Shown piece after piece: positions 21,078 to 30,878 of a DNA stretch of 64,000 bases (the first letter of the stretch is position 1; every line of letters starts with the position of its first letter). Source of the stretch: an uncultured Rivularia sp. (GTDB lineage Bacteria; Cyanobacteriota; Cyanobacteriia; Cyanobacteriales; Nostocaceae); assembly GCA_963665115.1 (NCBI GenBank), contig OY762007.1, positions 3,296,001 to 3,360,000 of the forward strand, written 5' to 3'. The position numbers and the translations under genes are program-made. The notes under the pieces were generated by a model. It was not told the DNA's origin and searched no databases. It worked only from the letters and a program-made list of their open reading frames with translations.

Positions 21078-21998
21078 ATGAAAGTCGCAATTACTGGAGC
21101 AACGGGATTTGTCGGTAGTCGTTTGGTAGAAAGACTGCTTCATCATGGTACGAAAATACTGGTACTAACCCGCGATACCGAACGCGCTCGAAAGGTTTTC
21201 CCAACTAATGCTTATCCTGATGTGGAAATTACTGCTTATACGCCAACAGATTCAGGTTCTTGGCAAAATGATATAGCTAGTTGTGAAGGTATAGTTAATC
21301 TCGCAGGGGCACCTATTAGCGAAGGACGTTGGACAACTGAACGCAAACAGGAAATTCTTAATAGTCGTAAGTTAACTACGCAAAAAATTGTTGAAGCTAT
21401 TACCAAAAGCTCAACGAAACCAAAGGTATTGGTAAATGCTTCTGCGATTGGTTATTACGGTACCAGTGAAACCGCCACTTTTAATGAAAACAGTTCCTCT
21501 GGTAGCGATTTTCTGGCTTTAGTTTGTCAAGATTGGGAAGCAGAAGCTCAGAAAGTTACAGATAGCAACGTGCGGTTGGTAATTTTGCGATTTGGAATTG
21601 TATTGGGAATGGGTGGTGCGCTCGGTAAAATGATTACCCCATTCAAGCTATTTGCAGGTGGTCCTATAGGTAGTGGCGAACAGTGGTTTTCGTGGATTCA
21701 CGTAGACGATATAGTCAGTTTAATCTTGCAAGCTCTAACTACACCAGAAATGTCAGGAATATATAATGCCACAGCGCCTCATCCCGTTCGCATGGCAGAA
21801 TTATCGACAACGATGGGTGAAGTGATGAATCGTCCTTCCTGGCTACCCGTTCCAGCTTTCGCAATTGAAGCAATGTTAGGCGATGGTGCCGTAGTTGTTT
21901 TAGAAGGTCAAAAAGTTTCACCTCAACGCACTTTAGCAAGTGGTTTTACATACAATTACTCTGAATTAAAGCCAGCTTTAGAAGAAATCCTCAAGTAA
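21078..21998 (+). CDS. thyD: TIGR01777-family NAD-dependent epimerase-like protein (ThyD/GC1-like)
   Basis: ITGATGFVG, VNLAGAPI..RW, ASAIGYYG, GSGEQWFSWIH, LEGQKVSP. Confidence 0.85.
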   Translation: MKVAITGATGFVGSRLVERLLHHGTKILVLTRDTERARKVFPTNAYPDVEITAYTPTDSGSWQNDIASCEGIVNLAGAPISEGRWTTERKQEILNSRKLTTQKIVEAITKSSTKPKVLVNASAIGYYGTSETATFNENSSSGSDFLALVCQDWEAEAQKVTDSNVRLVILRFGIVLGMGGALGKMITPFKLFAGGPIGSGEQWFSWIHVDDIVSLILQALTTPEMSGIYNATAPHPVRMAELSTTMGEVMNRPSWLPVPAFAIEAMLGDGAVVVLEGQKVSPQRTLASGFTYNYSELKPALEEILK

Positions 21999-22083
21999 TT
22001 TTGGATTTTGGAAGGGAAAACTTTAGGTAATGATAATTTTGAATTTTGAATTAATTATTTTAAATTGTTTTAACCTAGTATAA

Positions 22084-22329
22084 TTACTGGCGAGCTTCTA
22101 ACTTACGGGAAATCCAGCTAATAATACCACTGAGAAGCGCACCAGCCATTAATACCCCTATTGCTGGAGTAAATAGGGGTTCCCATAGCTTGTACCATAA
22201 ATCCAAACCTAGCGGTATTCCAGTACTACGACCAATTACTGCTACAGCAAACCAGGCAAAGCCGATCAATACAAGAAAAACATCAGCGACTAAAACTGTA
22301 TTAAGTAAATTTAATAATTTATCTTTCAT
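22084..22329 (-). CDS. Small two-TM hypothetical protein
   Basis: Likely start MKDKLLNLL at 22329; LGLDLWYKLWEPLFTPAIG motif. Confidence 0.75.
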   Translation of the reverse strand: MKDKLLNLLNTVLVADVFLVLIGFAWFAVAVIGRSTGIPLGLDLWYKLWEPLFTPAIGVLMAGALLSGIISWISRKLEARQ

Positions 22330-22418
22330 ATATCGAATACCGAATAGGGAATTGAGAAAAAGTATGAAAAATCTGTGGATTAACTCCACAGATAAAAGCA
22401 AATCTTGTTTTACTTCGA

Positions 22419-22835
22419 TTAGAATAGCCAGTTCTTAACTTTTTCCAAACTTTTCCAGTTTGGCTTTCTAGTTAAACCGTCTTCAATACTATTCTTGATT
22501 TCGTCTTGCCATTCTTCATTAACCATCATCAACTGTGAAGCAACCTCCACATGATCCCGCAAGCCTTTTTGACCTGTTTCCAGCATGGCTGTAGCCAGAT
22601 TCACCCTTGCTTGGGGATCTTGGGGGTTTAACTTTACAGCCTTTAGTGCAGCTTTAGAAGCAAGCTTTGGTTTGCTATCGAGCATATATAGCCAAGACAA
22701 ACAAGTCCACGCAGCACTGTTTTGAGGTGCGCGATCGCAAATGTCTTTGAAAACTGGAATCAATTCAGCGGCATCGGTTCCAGCTTTGTAACGTTCTAGA
22801 GCTTCATCAAATATAGATTCAACTGTTTGAGTCAT
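22419..22835 (-). CDS. TPR-containing protein
   Basis: AAWTCLSWLY..KAVKLNPQDPQARVNLA helical repeat. Confidence 0.8.
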   Translation of the reverse strand: MTQTVESIFDEALERYKAGTDAAELIPVFKDICDRAPQNSAAWTCLSWLYMLDSKPKLASKAALKAVKLNPQDPQARVNLATAMLETGQKGLRDHVEVASQLMMVNEEWQDEIKNSIEDGLTRKPNWKSLEKVKNWLF

Positions 22836-22862
22836 AGTTAAACAAAAATCATTCCTCTTCTC

Positions 22863-22913
22863 AAAAGTCCTTTGTATTTAATAACTATTTACGAAAAAAC
22901 ACAAAGGACTTTT
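22863..22913 (-). terminator. Stem-loop after iscA (terminator or stabiliser)
   Basis: 13-bp inverted repeat AAAAGTCCTTTGT / ACAAAGGACTTTT. Confidence 0.6.
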
Positions 22914-22924
22914 ACCAATTTTCC

Positions 22925-23281
22925 TTAGACACCAAAGGATTTACCACAACCACAGGTGGTGTTAGCGTTGGGATTGGTAAACTGGAAACCTCCACCAATC
23001 AACGAATTGCTATAATCAAGCATCAAACCATAAAGATATAATAAACTTTTACGGTCGCAAACTATTTTAAAGCCATCGTAATCAAAGGTGTCGTCGTTCT
23101 CGTTAATTTTACCGGGTTCTTCAAAGTCCATCATGTAAGACATCCCTGAACAGCCACCTTGACGTACTCCTACCCGCAAACAAAGTTCTTTACCTTGTTG
23201 TTCTTGCAATAATTTAACTTGTTGCAATGCGGCTTCGCTTAGTAGAATTCCTTGCTTTTGAGTCTCAGTTGCTTGTGTCAT
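22925..23281 (-). CDS. iscA: A-type Fe-S carrier protein (IscA/SufA, Ycf57)
   Basis: GGCSGMSY and [14 protein letters not shown]. Confidence 0.93.
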   Translation of the reverse strand: MTQATETQKQGILLSEAALQQVKLLQEQQGKELCLRVGVRQGGCSGMSYMMDFEEPGKINENDDTFDYDGFKIVCDRKSLLYLYGLMLDYSNSLIGGGFQFTNPNANTTCGCGKSFGV

Positions 23282-23736
23282 CCGGTTTTATACTCCAATA
23301 ATATGGTTTAACCATCGCGAATACGGCTCTAGCCCGTCAACTGTGAGCGGGAACTATAACAATTGTGTAGTTCCATCGACGGTTCGCAATCGCCATTTTT
23401 TGTTCTTGTATTCATTCTAGCGACATTGACCGAGCTAATAGATGTTTAAATTCCGATTAAAAAGTGTTGTAAATCGAGAGTTTATGTAATCGTTTGATTT
23501 TTTCTCGAATTTATAAAGGGGGCAGATAGAATAATTATTGCAGTATCCCTATGTGTTTTTATTCTAAAATTGAAAAACTCGGCATATATTGTAACTATTT
23601 TTGGAGTTCGGCTTTTGGGGAAGGCAACGTCTTCAAGCTTTTTAACATGGGAGAATAATTATAAATTTTTACCATTACCTCCTTCTCCTAAAAATAAAAT
23701 TTGCACAGAATGCGCTCAAGTTAAAAAATCTACTCT

Positions 23737-25371
23737 ATGACAAGTTTAAGTCGCTCTACCATTCGTCGTTTGAAGAAATTACCCCAAATTCCTTCTGTAT
23801 GGGAAGGCGATCGCCGTCCATTTTCATCATCCACGAGCGGGGAAGATTCACAAGAGCAAAACGAATGCATTATCTGGGTTGACGCTCACGAGGGAGTTGT
23901 CCGCTCTATGGATGTTGTGAATTCCCAAGCTGGCCCAGAAGCGGTTGTTCGTACTTTGATGCGAGCAATAGAAAGTCCCCACAATCCAGCAAGACCAGCA
24001 CGTCCTCAGAAAATTGTAGTTCAAGATCGGGAAATTCAATTTTATTTACGCGGAGTATTGCAGGATGTGGATATTGTTATCGATCGCATACCTGAATTAC
24101 CGTTAATTGATGAGCTGTTTCGCGGTTTTTCAGAAGTTATTGACAATCAAATTCCCGATTTACCTCCGCAATACGCAAGTGTATTAAGAAATAAAGCTTT
24201 TGCTATTTGGAAATTAGCACCTTGGGAATTTTTAGAAGAACAGCAGATTTTATCGATAGAAATTAATAAATGGGATATTGGCACCCTGTATGCTTCAGTA
24301 ATGGGGATGCTAGGTATGGAGTATGGAATTTTACTTTACCGTTCTGAAGAATCTCTTAAGTTTTTTCGTGCCACAGTTTTACAAGAAGACTCTTCACAAG
24401 AGTATTTAGAAGAAGCTTTTCTCAAACAAGATTGTTTATTTTTAACTTTTGAACGTGCGACGAGTGGTGATGGAGAAGACGATATATTTACCGATTTAGC
24501 TGATTACCCGTTATCGGAAATCAATCCTACTTTTGGCAACATTCATCCTCTCGAAGGCGTGCGATCTATTTTATATGAAGAAGAAGCCCTCATTTCGTTA
24601 GTGGCTTATTCCGCTTTATATCGCTTTATTCGCGACCAACGTGTCAAATTAAACAATGGCTTATTTCCATTCTTGAGCCATCGCTATCGTATATCTTTAC
24701 CATCGTCTTTGGAATCAACAACCAAATCAGTATCAGTCAATGTCGCTACTCAAACGCAGTTAGCCTCAGAATTAGAGCAAATGTCAAGTTTTGAGGATGA
24801 TGATGAGGAGATGATGCTCGATGCCTCATCTGCAAGTCTTTCGCTACGGGATGATTTAATACCGCAAGATTCTTTCCTTAGTTTGGGGATAATTTCATGG
24901 GAAATGTCGGAATATTTACAGGAAAAATCTAGGTATCATAAAGTGGGTGAAGTCGCGCAAGCTGGTGAAGGTTTACCAGTAATATTGGTTCAAACTTCCC
25001 GCCCAAAGGCAAAAACGATAATTGAATGCATTGAAAAAGACGGTGGACTTAATGCAATTTGTTTTAACCCTGGTGCAGATCCTTTTAATAATACTCATTA
25101 CGACCTTGGTTTACTACAAACTCAAAATCAAGAACTATTCCTCTTTGGTGAATTTGAACATGACGATCCAGATCATGTAGAAGCGAGAAAAAAGTGGAAT
25201 CAGCGCTGTAAATATACTAAGGGATATTGCGGTCTAATTATTGCCAAAGGATTAACGGGGGCTTCTCGTGGTAATCCACAGTTACGGGACATGATGGCTT
25301 TATTCGAGGCACGCTATTTATCACCCAAGGAATTAGGTGTTGGTACGCTTCAACTGATGCCTCAGCTATAA
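23737..25371 (+). CDS. Conserved cyanobacterial hypothetical protein (DUF6930-like)
   Basis: 544 aa, acidic; VWEGDRR, RPQKIVV.DRE, APWEFL, SVMGMLGMEYG..LY.S motifs. Confidence 0.8.
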   Translation: MTSLSRSTIRRLKKLPQIPSVWEGDRRPFSSSTSGEDSQEQNECIIWVDAHEGVVRSMDVVNSQAGPEAVVRTLMRAIESPHNPARPARPQKIVVQDREIQFYLRGVLQDVDIVIDRIPELPLIDELFRGFSEVIDNQIPDLPPQYASVLRNKAFAIWKLAPWEFLEEQQILSIEINKWDIGTLYASVMGMLGMEYGILLYRSEESLKFFRATVLQEDSSQEYLEEAFLKQDCLFLTFERATSGDGEDDIFTDLADYPLSEINPTFGNIHPLEGVRSILYEEEALISLVAYSALYRFIRDQRVKLNNGLFPFLSHRYRISLPSSLESTTKSVSVNVATQTQLASELEQMSSFEDDDEEMMLDASSASLSLRDDLIPQDSFLSLGIISWEMSEYLQEKSRYHKVGEVAQAGEGLPVILVQTSRPKAKTIIECIEKDGGLNAICFNPGADPFNNTHYDLGLLQTQNQELFLFGEFEHDDPDHVEARKKWNQRCKYTKGYCGLIIAKGLTGASRGNPQLRDMMALFEARYLSPKELGVGTLQLMPQL

Positions 25372-25827
25372 TTCAATATCTCTCATCAAAGTTTTCAAAT
25401 ATTCGTAGAACTTCGGATCGTCTCCTTCAAAAATTTCCTTTCCCCCTCCAATGTAAGCCCTTGCAAGGTTATCCTTGGCGCAATTGAAATTTCCTAACTC
25501 AAATTGAGATTGTCCTAAGATTAAGTGAATATATGGATTTCCAATTGCATCTGGACAATGCATCGCTTGTTGAAGAACATCGCGTGCATTTTCATAGTCG
25601 CCTGACAACAAATAAGATTCTCCAATAGCGGTAAAAAGCCAAGTCGTTGCCTCATATACTTCTAAGGGATCTGGTGCTAGCTCTAGGGCTTCATAATAGC
25701 TATCAATTGCTTTTACAAACTCCTTCCGTTTTGCATAGTTATCTCCTTGTTTAGATAGTTCTAAAATTCTTGAGTAACTCAGATCGTCAATATCTGGATA
25801 AGATTGCCGATTATCTTCTATAGTCAT
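25366..25827 (-). CDS. TPR-repeat protein
   Basis: TWLFTAIGESY, CPDAIGNPYIHLILGQ..FELG, ARAY..GG.EIFE.DDPKF; its stop overlaps the stop of 23737..25371. Confidence 0.8.
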   Translation of the reverse strand: MTIEDNRQSYPDIDDLSYSRILELSKQGDNYAKRKEFVKAIDSYYEALELAPDPLEVYEATTWLFTAIGESYLLSGDYENARDVLQQAMHCPDAIGNPYIHLILGQSQFELGNFNCAKDNLARAYIGGGKEIFEGDDPKFYEYLKTLMRDIEL

Positions 25828-25928
25828 AAATTGTCCTACCTATTTTTCTCTGAAAAATTATTTTAATTATATTATTTGTTTGTTATGAAAAGCTCATAAT
25901 AGAGATGTCTAAAAAAAAATGAGATGCT

Positions 25929-25992
25929 AGAAGCCCGGTTTTTCAAAAAAGCCGGGTTTCTGTAATTTTAAAGAATGATTTAGGAATTCTAT
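25929..25992. repeat. Dispersed hairpin / MITE remnant (same family as 50778-50862)
   Basis: AGAAGCCCGGTTTTT..AAAAAGCCGGGTTTCT hairpin followed by AATGATTTAGGA; the copy at 50778 has AGAAACCCGGCT..AGTCGGGTTTCT and AATCATTTAGGA. Confidence 0.55.
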
Positions 25993-26506
25993 CAAAATAA
26001 ATTTGTCTGCACAATAATTTTAGAATATGAATTGTTATCAATATAAAAGTATTCTGTTGCCAAAAAAATTATGAAAAAGAATAAATTATTACTTTATTTC
26101 AGCAGAATTTATATGTACGCGACCGTAAGCAAGATATTTAAGATTGGTACCTGGATTGCAGTGATTATAATATCGTTATCCATGCGTGAATGTTGTTAAG
26201 TCAGATCAAATATTTTAGGTATTTAGTATCATCTAAAAAAATATCCTACTTTTATTTAATGTAAAGATTTTTTATCTATCTATAATAATGTCAGGCATAT
26301 AATCTTTATATTTTTGATCCCTAGCTTAAGTTTAAAGAGTTTACATAAGTATTGTAATTACTTCATAAAGAAAAATAAGAGCAAATATTTTTTATTTCAT
26401 TAAAGATTAAGTAAAGAGAAATTTGATTTAAAAAAAATAGATATACAATCGAGAAATCAGTAAATTGATTGTTTTATAGAAAATATGTTTATAAATATTT
26501 ATTTAT

Positions 26507-27643
26507 ATGTACAAATACTTAGAGAGTAATTCAAACTCATATAACAAGCCAATAAGTAATGGCACTATTGAATCATTGGGAATGCAATGGGCGAAAAAAT
26601 ATTTGCAGAACCTTAATGTTTATTTCCAAAATGGTGAATCTTCTGATACCCAATATTTAAATCAAGTAATGTCTCAAGCAGGACGAGAAATAACAGCGCA
26701 AAAACTAAAAAGATCGATGCAAAATGTTAGCCTACAAGCTTGGAACATAACTGAACAGGTGCTATCTAAGGAGGTAAAAACACATCGTATTAAACCTAAG
26801 ACGATAGAAGCGTGGGAAATTGCAGGAGATTCTTTCAAAATCTATGAAAAAGCAATAGAAAATTACACGAATTTTGCGCCACCGCCCAAGTCATTTATGG
26901 TAATTGAGTTGGCAGCTAAAGAGGAATCGCTATCGTCTAGTGTTCCTTTAAAATATACCGAACAGCTTGCTCCTAATCAGTTAACAAAAGCGATTAGTTC
27001 TCCTCTAGGAGCCTTAAGACGGAAATATACGCAACAAAATCCTAAAGTAATCGGCTTTGTAAGTATGCAGTTTCACTTCACTAGCCAGATGCTGTTGCAG
27101 TTACTTTCTCATAGCGAGCAAAAATTACTTAGCAATTACTTTAAGGTAATTGATGACCGCTTATATATACCGTTGCAGCCTGTCTACACCGCAGCGGCTA
27201 AACTTGATTGCGAATATTTAGCTTTGAGTGCCGTACAGCATCTATTACCTACTAGCACTCATATCACTAAAAGTATTACTCAAAAAGTCATTAAGCTATA
27301 TCTGACTTACCATTCCTATTCTGGTAACCTGAATCACAAAAAAGTGATTACTTCCAGTATCCGTGATGTGGAAATGTTTCCAGTCTACTTGTGGGTATGT
27401 GCTTTAGAAGGAAATGTTTATACCATTCAACAACAGGAATTATTCCCCTTATGTGTAATGCTTTATCCAATTTTAAAAGTAATTTGGGGAATAATTCTCC
27501 AAATGCTACATCTATTAGGAATTGCAATTAGCGAGCGCCTCAATACCAAACAAGCTAATACTTTAATGCCATATTTTCAAGATATGAAGGCATATGTTTT
27601 CTCAGCAAAGTATTTGGCGAAAATAATTATGGTGTGGAATTAA
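26507..27643 (+). CDS. Hypothetical helical protein, possibly decaying; C-terminal part has a phycobiliprotein/globin-like motif
   Basis: 378 aa open frame; IGFVSMQFH, YFKVIDD, SSIRDVEMF..YLWVC, QELFPLCVMLYP motifs. Confidence 0.6.
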   Translation: MYKYLESNSNSYNKPISNGTIESLGMQWAKKYLQNLNVYFQNGESSDTQYLNQVMSQAGREITAQKLKRSMQNVSLQAWNITEQVLSKEVKTHRIKPKTIEAWEIAGDSFKIYEKAIENYTNFAPPPKSFMVIELAAKEESLSSSVPLKYTEQLAPNQLTKAISSPLGALRRKYTQQNPKVIGFVSMQFHFTSQMLLQLLSHSEQKLLSNYFKVIDDRLYIPLQPVYTAAAKLDCEYLALSAVQHLLPTSTHITKSITQKVIKLYLTYHSYSGNLNHKKVITSSIRDVEMFPVYLWVCALEGNVYTIQQQELFPLCVMLYPILKVIWGIILQMLHLLGIAISERLNTKQANTLMPYFQDMKAYVFSAKYLAKIIMVWN

Positions 27644-27987
27644 ATGCTTATGACGAGAGAAAAAGTTATAAACCGTTATTTGCTTAACAGTAAATCTCTC
27701 AAATAAATTTATAAAATTTACTTCTATCGTCCAACTGTATGAAAGCTTAGTTTACTTTGCCTTAAGTCGTTAAGCAATCTACCTCAACGTTCGTCACCAA
27801 ACTAATTGATAATAAATGATGATATCGATATTCCGTTGCTTTCACGGACAATACAAGGACATTAAACTTTACTTCTTGTACTAGCAAAAATCCTTGTTTA
27901 CTTTTAGCAACTTTGATAGGATTATCGCTCTCATTATTTATTTGGATTCCTTTCATGATGTCAATATACAGCAGATAACACCACAAA

Positions 27988-28159
27988 ATGACCAATAAGA
28001 AATGGGCTGTAAAACGTATAACAGTAAATCTTGCGGCACAAGAAGCAGACAAACTGGAAAAATATTGCCAGCAAACTGGCAGGGCCTGCTACGGATGTAA
28101 TTAGAGAATTAATCCGAGGCTTATCAGTTTCGGTTGAAAGTAAAGATTTAGCAGGGTAA
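27988..28159 (+). CDS. CopG/ribbon-helix-helix small regulator with a +1 frameshift at 28082-28084
   Basis: MTNKKWAVKRITVNLAAQEADKLEKYCQQTGR, then in the shifted frame PATDVIRELIRGLSVSVESKDLAG*; span is 172 nt = 57 codons + 1. Confidence 0.8.
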
Positions 28160-28330
28160 AAACTTATGTAGAAGATCGAAAATTAGAAAACCAGCAAATT
28201 TAAACCAGCAAATTTGTTAAAACCCAGAGCAAAATAAACAGTATTTTCTAGCCCGAAAGTTTTATAAAAGGCAAATTCGGGCACTAATTCAGTTACAATC
28301 TGTAAAAGATACTGAATATAGAAAAACGGA

Positions 28331-29770
28331 ATGCGTGTTGCAATCGTAGGTGCGGGACTAGCCGGTTTATCATGTGCTGTAGATTTAGCCGATGCCGGTT
28401 GTGAAATCCAGATTTTCGAGTCTCGCCCATTTATCGGTGGGAAAGTTGGTAGTTGGATTGACAAAGATGGCAATCATATGGAAATGGGGTTGCACGTATT
28501 TTTCGGGTGCTACTATCAACTATTTGATTTGATGAAAAAGGTGGGTGCATTTGAAAATCTACGTCCTAAAGAGCATATTCATAACTTTATAAACCGGGGT
28601 GGACGAACTGGTGCTTTAGACTTTCGTTTCCTTACTGGTGCCCCCTTCAATGGATTAAAAGCTTTCTTCACTACTTCTCAGCTGTCATTGCAGGATAAGC
28701 TCCAAAATTCTCTTGCATTGGCAACAAGCCCGGTTGTACGAGGTTTAGTTGACTTTGACGGTGCAATGAAAACTATCCGCGACTTAGATAAAGTTAGCTT
28801 CGCGGATTGGTTTCGCAGTCACGGTGGTAATAACGGAAGTATCGAACGGATGTGGAACCCCATTGCTTACGCTTTGGGTTTTATTGATTGTGAAAATATG
28901 TCAGCCCGCTGCATGCTGACAATATTCCAGCTATTTGCGGCAAGAACCGAAGCTTCACAATTACGGATGCTCGAAGGTTCTCCCCAAGAATATCTGCACC
29001 AGCCAATTTTGAATTATTTACAAGCTAGGGGAACCCAAATTCATACTCGTCGGCAAGTTCGACAAGTGAAATTTACAGAACAAGAAGGGATAACCACAGT
29101 AGATGGATTAGTAATTGCAAATGGCGATCGGGAAGAACTTATAAACGCCGATGCTTATATTGCAGCTTGTGACGTGCCTGGAATTACTCGTTTGTTACCT
29201 TCCCATTGGCGTAAATGGTCTGAGTTTGACAACATTTACAAATTAGATGCCGTACCTGTTGCGACAGTGCAGTTGCGCTTTGATGGTTGGGTAACAGAAA
29301 TGAAGGATGCTGAAAAACGCTCTTCATTACAGCAGGCTGCGGGTATCGACAATTTACTATATACTCCCGATGCGGACTTTTCTTGCTTTGCCGATTTGGC
29401 GTTAACTAGCCCTTCCGATTATTACCGCGAAGGAAGCGGTTCTTTAATGCAACTGGTACTAACACCAGGAGATCCTTTTATTAAGAAAAGTAACGAAGAA
29501 ATAGCCAAACACGTATTAGCCCAGGTACATGAATTGTTCCCTTCATCACGTGAGTTGAATATGACCTGGTATAGTGTCGTTAAACTTGCTCAATCCTTAT
29601 ATCGAGAAGCGCCGGGAATGGATGTTTATCGTCCATCGCAAAAAACCCCGGTAGAAAATTTCTTTCTTGCGGGTAGTTACACTCAGCAAGATTATATCGA
29701 TAGTATGGAAGGTGCAACAATTTCGGGAAGGCGTGCTGCAAAGGTTGTTTTGGAAACCGTGAAAAAATAA
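28331..29770 (+). CDS. crtQ: 9,9'-di-cis-zeta-carotene desaturase (plant-type ZDS)
   Basis: GAGLAG dinucleotide fold, [29 protein letters not shown]. Confidence 0.95.
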   Translation: MRVAIVGAGLAGLSCAVDLADAGCEIQIFESRPFIGGKVGSWIDKDGNHMEMGLHVFFGCYYQLFDLMKKVGAFENLRPKEHIHNFINRGGRTGALDFRFLTGAPFNGLKAFFTTSQLSLQDKLQNSLALATSPVVRGLVDFDGAMKTIRDLDKVSFADWFRSHGGNNGSIERMWNPIAYALGFIDCENMSARCMLTIFQLFAARTEASQLRMLEGSPQEYLHQPILNYLQARGTQIHTRRQVRQVKFTEQEGITTVDGLVIANGDREELINADAYIAACDVPGITRLLPSHWRKWSEFDNIYKLDAVPVATVQLRFDGWVTEMKDAEKRSSLQQAAGIDNLLYTPDADFSCFADLALTSPSDYYREGSGSLMQLVLTPGDPFIKKSNEEIAKHVLAQVHELFPSSRELNMTWYSVVKLAQSLYREAPGMDVYRPSQKTPVENFFLAGSYTQQDYIDSMEGATISGRRAAKVVLETVKK

Positions 29771-29866
29771 ACAGGGAGTAGGGAGAAGAGGTGAAAATAA
29801 TAAAAAAACTATTTAGATATAAACGCTTAAAAGACGTGAAGCAAAAAACTAGGATAACAAAAAAGA

Positions 29867-30316
29867 ATGGCTAACTGGCTGGAGCATACCGTACAAGTAG
29901 AGGTAGACGCTCCTATAGATGTAGTATGGGGTATGTGGGCGGATTTAGAGCAAATGCCTCGCTGGATGAAATGGATTGATTCGGTAACCGTTCTTGAAGA
30001 CAATCCAGAATTATCCCTATGGAAATTAGATACTGGTGGATTTAACTTTAGTTGGCGATCGCGAATTCTTAAGGTAGTTGAGCATCAAATAATTCAATGG
30101 GAATCAGTTGATGGTTTACCGAATAGAGGAGCGATAAGATTTTACGACCGTCAAAATAGCAGTATTGTCAAATTAACTGTTGGTTACGCCATACCCGGTA
30201 TTATTGGTAAATTAATGGATAATCTATTTTTAGGACGAGTGGTAGAGTCAACCCTGCAAGAAAACTTGCAAAGGTTTAAGGAATACGCTCAAACTGGGGT
30301 TAGTCCTCTTGAATAG
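29867..30316 (+). CDS. SRPBCC/START (cyclase/dehydrase-like) protein
   Basis: W.DLEQMPRWMKWI, IQWESVDGLPNRGAIRF; immediately after zds. Confidence 0.88.
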   Translation: MANWLEHTVQVEVDAPIDVVWGMWADLEQMPRWMKWIDSVTVLEDNPELSLWKLDTGGFNFSWRSRILKVVEHQIIQWESVDGLPNRGAIRFYDRQNSSIVKLTVGYAIPGIIGKLMDNLFLGRVVESTLQENLQRFKEYAQTGVSPLE

Positions 30317-30327
30317 CTAAAAGCCGA

Positions 30328-30567
30328 TTACCAAGTCGGATCGCTGAATATATTAATTGTCAATTCTTCTTTTCCTGCTGGTACGGAACTAATGCAAGCG
30401 CGGATAATGTCTCCATCTTTAACTTCTACCGTGCAAGCGTGGCACGAACCCATTAAACAACCCGTAGGAATCAACACTCCTGCTCTATCGGCGACATCGA
30501 GTAAAGCTTCCCCGACTTCGGCATCAATTTGAACGTCATCTGGTAAAAAGTTAACTTTAACACTCAT
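30328..30567 (-). CDS. 2Fe-2S ferredoxin-like protein
   Basis: PTGCLMGSCHAC...RAC pattern. Confidence 0.88.
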   Translation of the reverse strand: MSVKVNFLPDDVQIDAEVGEALLDVADRAGVLIPTGCLMGSCHACTVEVKDGDIIRACISSVPAGKEELTINIFSDPTW

Positions 30568-30577
30568 GTTTTTATTG

Positions 30578-30873
30578 GTTGGTTGATAGTAGTTAGTTGT
30601 TAGTAGTTAGTGGTTAGTTGTTAGTTGTTAGTTGAACGAAAACAAAGTCTGATAAATCAGATTGGGTATAACTTATAGTCCGTTTTAAGGTACGCCGGTA
30701 TATCAGCCTTGAAATTGATTTCTCTGCGTTCACGCGGAGCGTGCGGGCTAGAAAGCCTCCGGCTTACAAGGTAGAAATGTGGGCTTAACGACAATGGTGC
30801 AAGATGTAAGTTTAACTGCCTTCGCGATGTATTACTTTAATTCTACTAACCACTAACCACTAACTACTAACCA
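30578..30873. repeat. Inverted heptamer arrays (TAGTTGT/TAGTGGT vs ACTAACC) enclosing dispersed-repeat remnants
   Basis: Arrays at 30578-30633 and 30844-30873 are reverse complements; the core has GC-rich palindromes and a TGGTGCAAGATGTAAG end. Confidence 0.65.
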
Positions 30874-30878
30874 CATTC

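Noticed and set aside
27762..28052. 96 aa minus-strand ORF
   Set aside because: Non-ATG start, no recognisable motifs, and overlaps the better-supported CopG gene on the plus strand.
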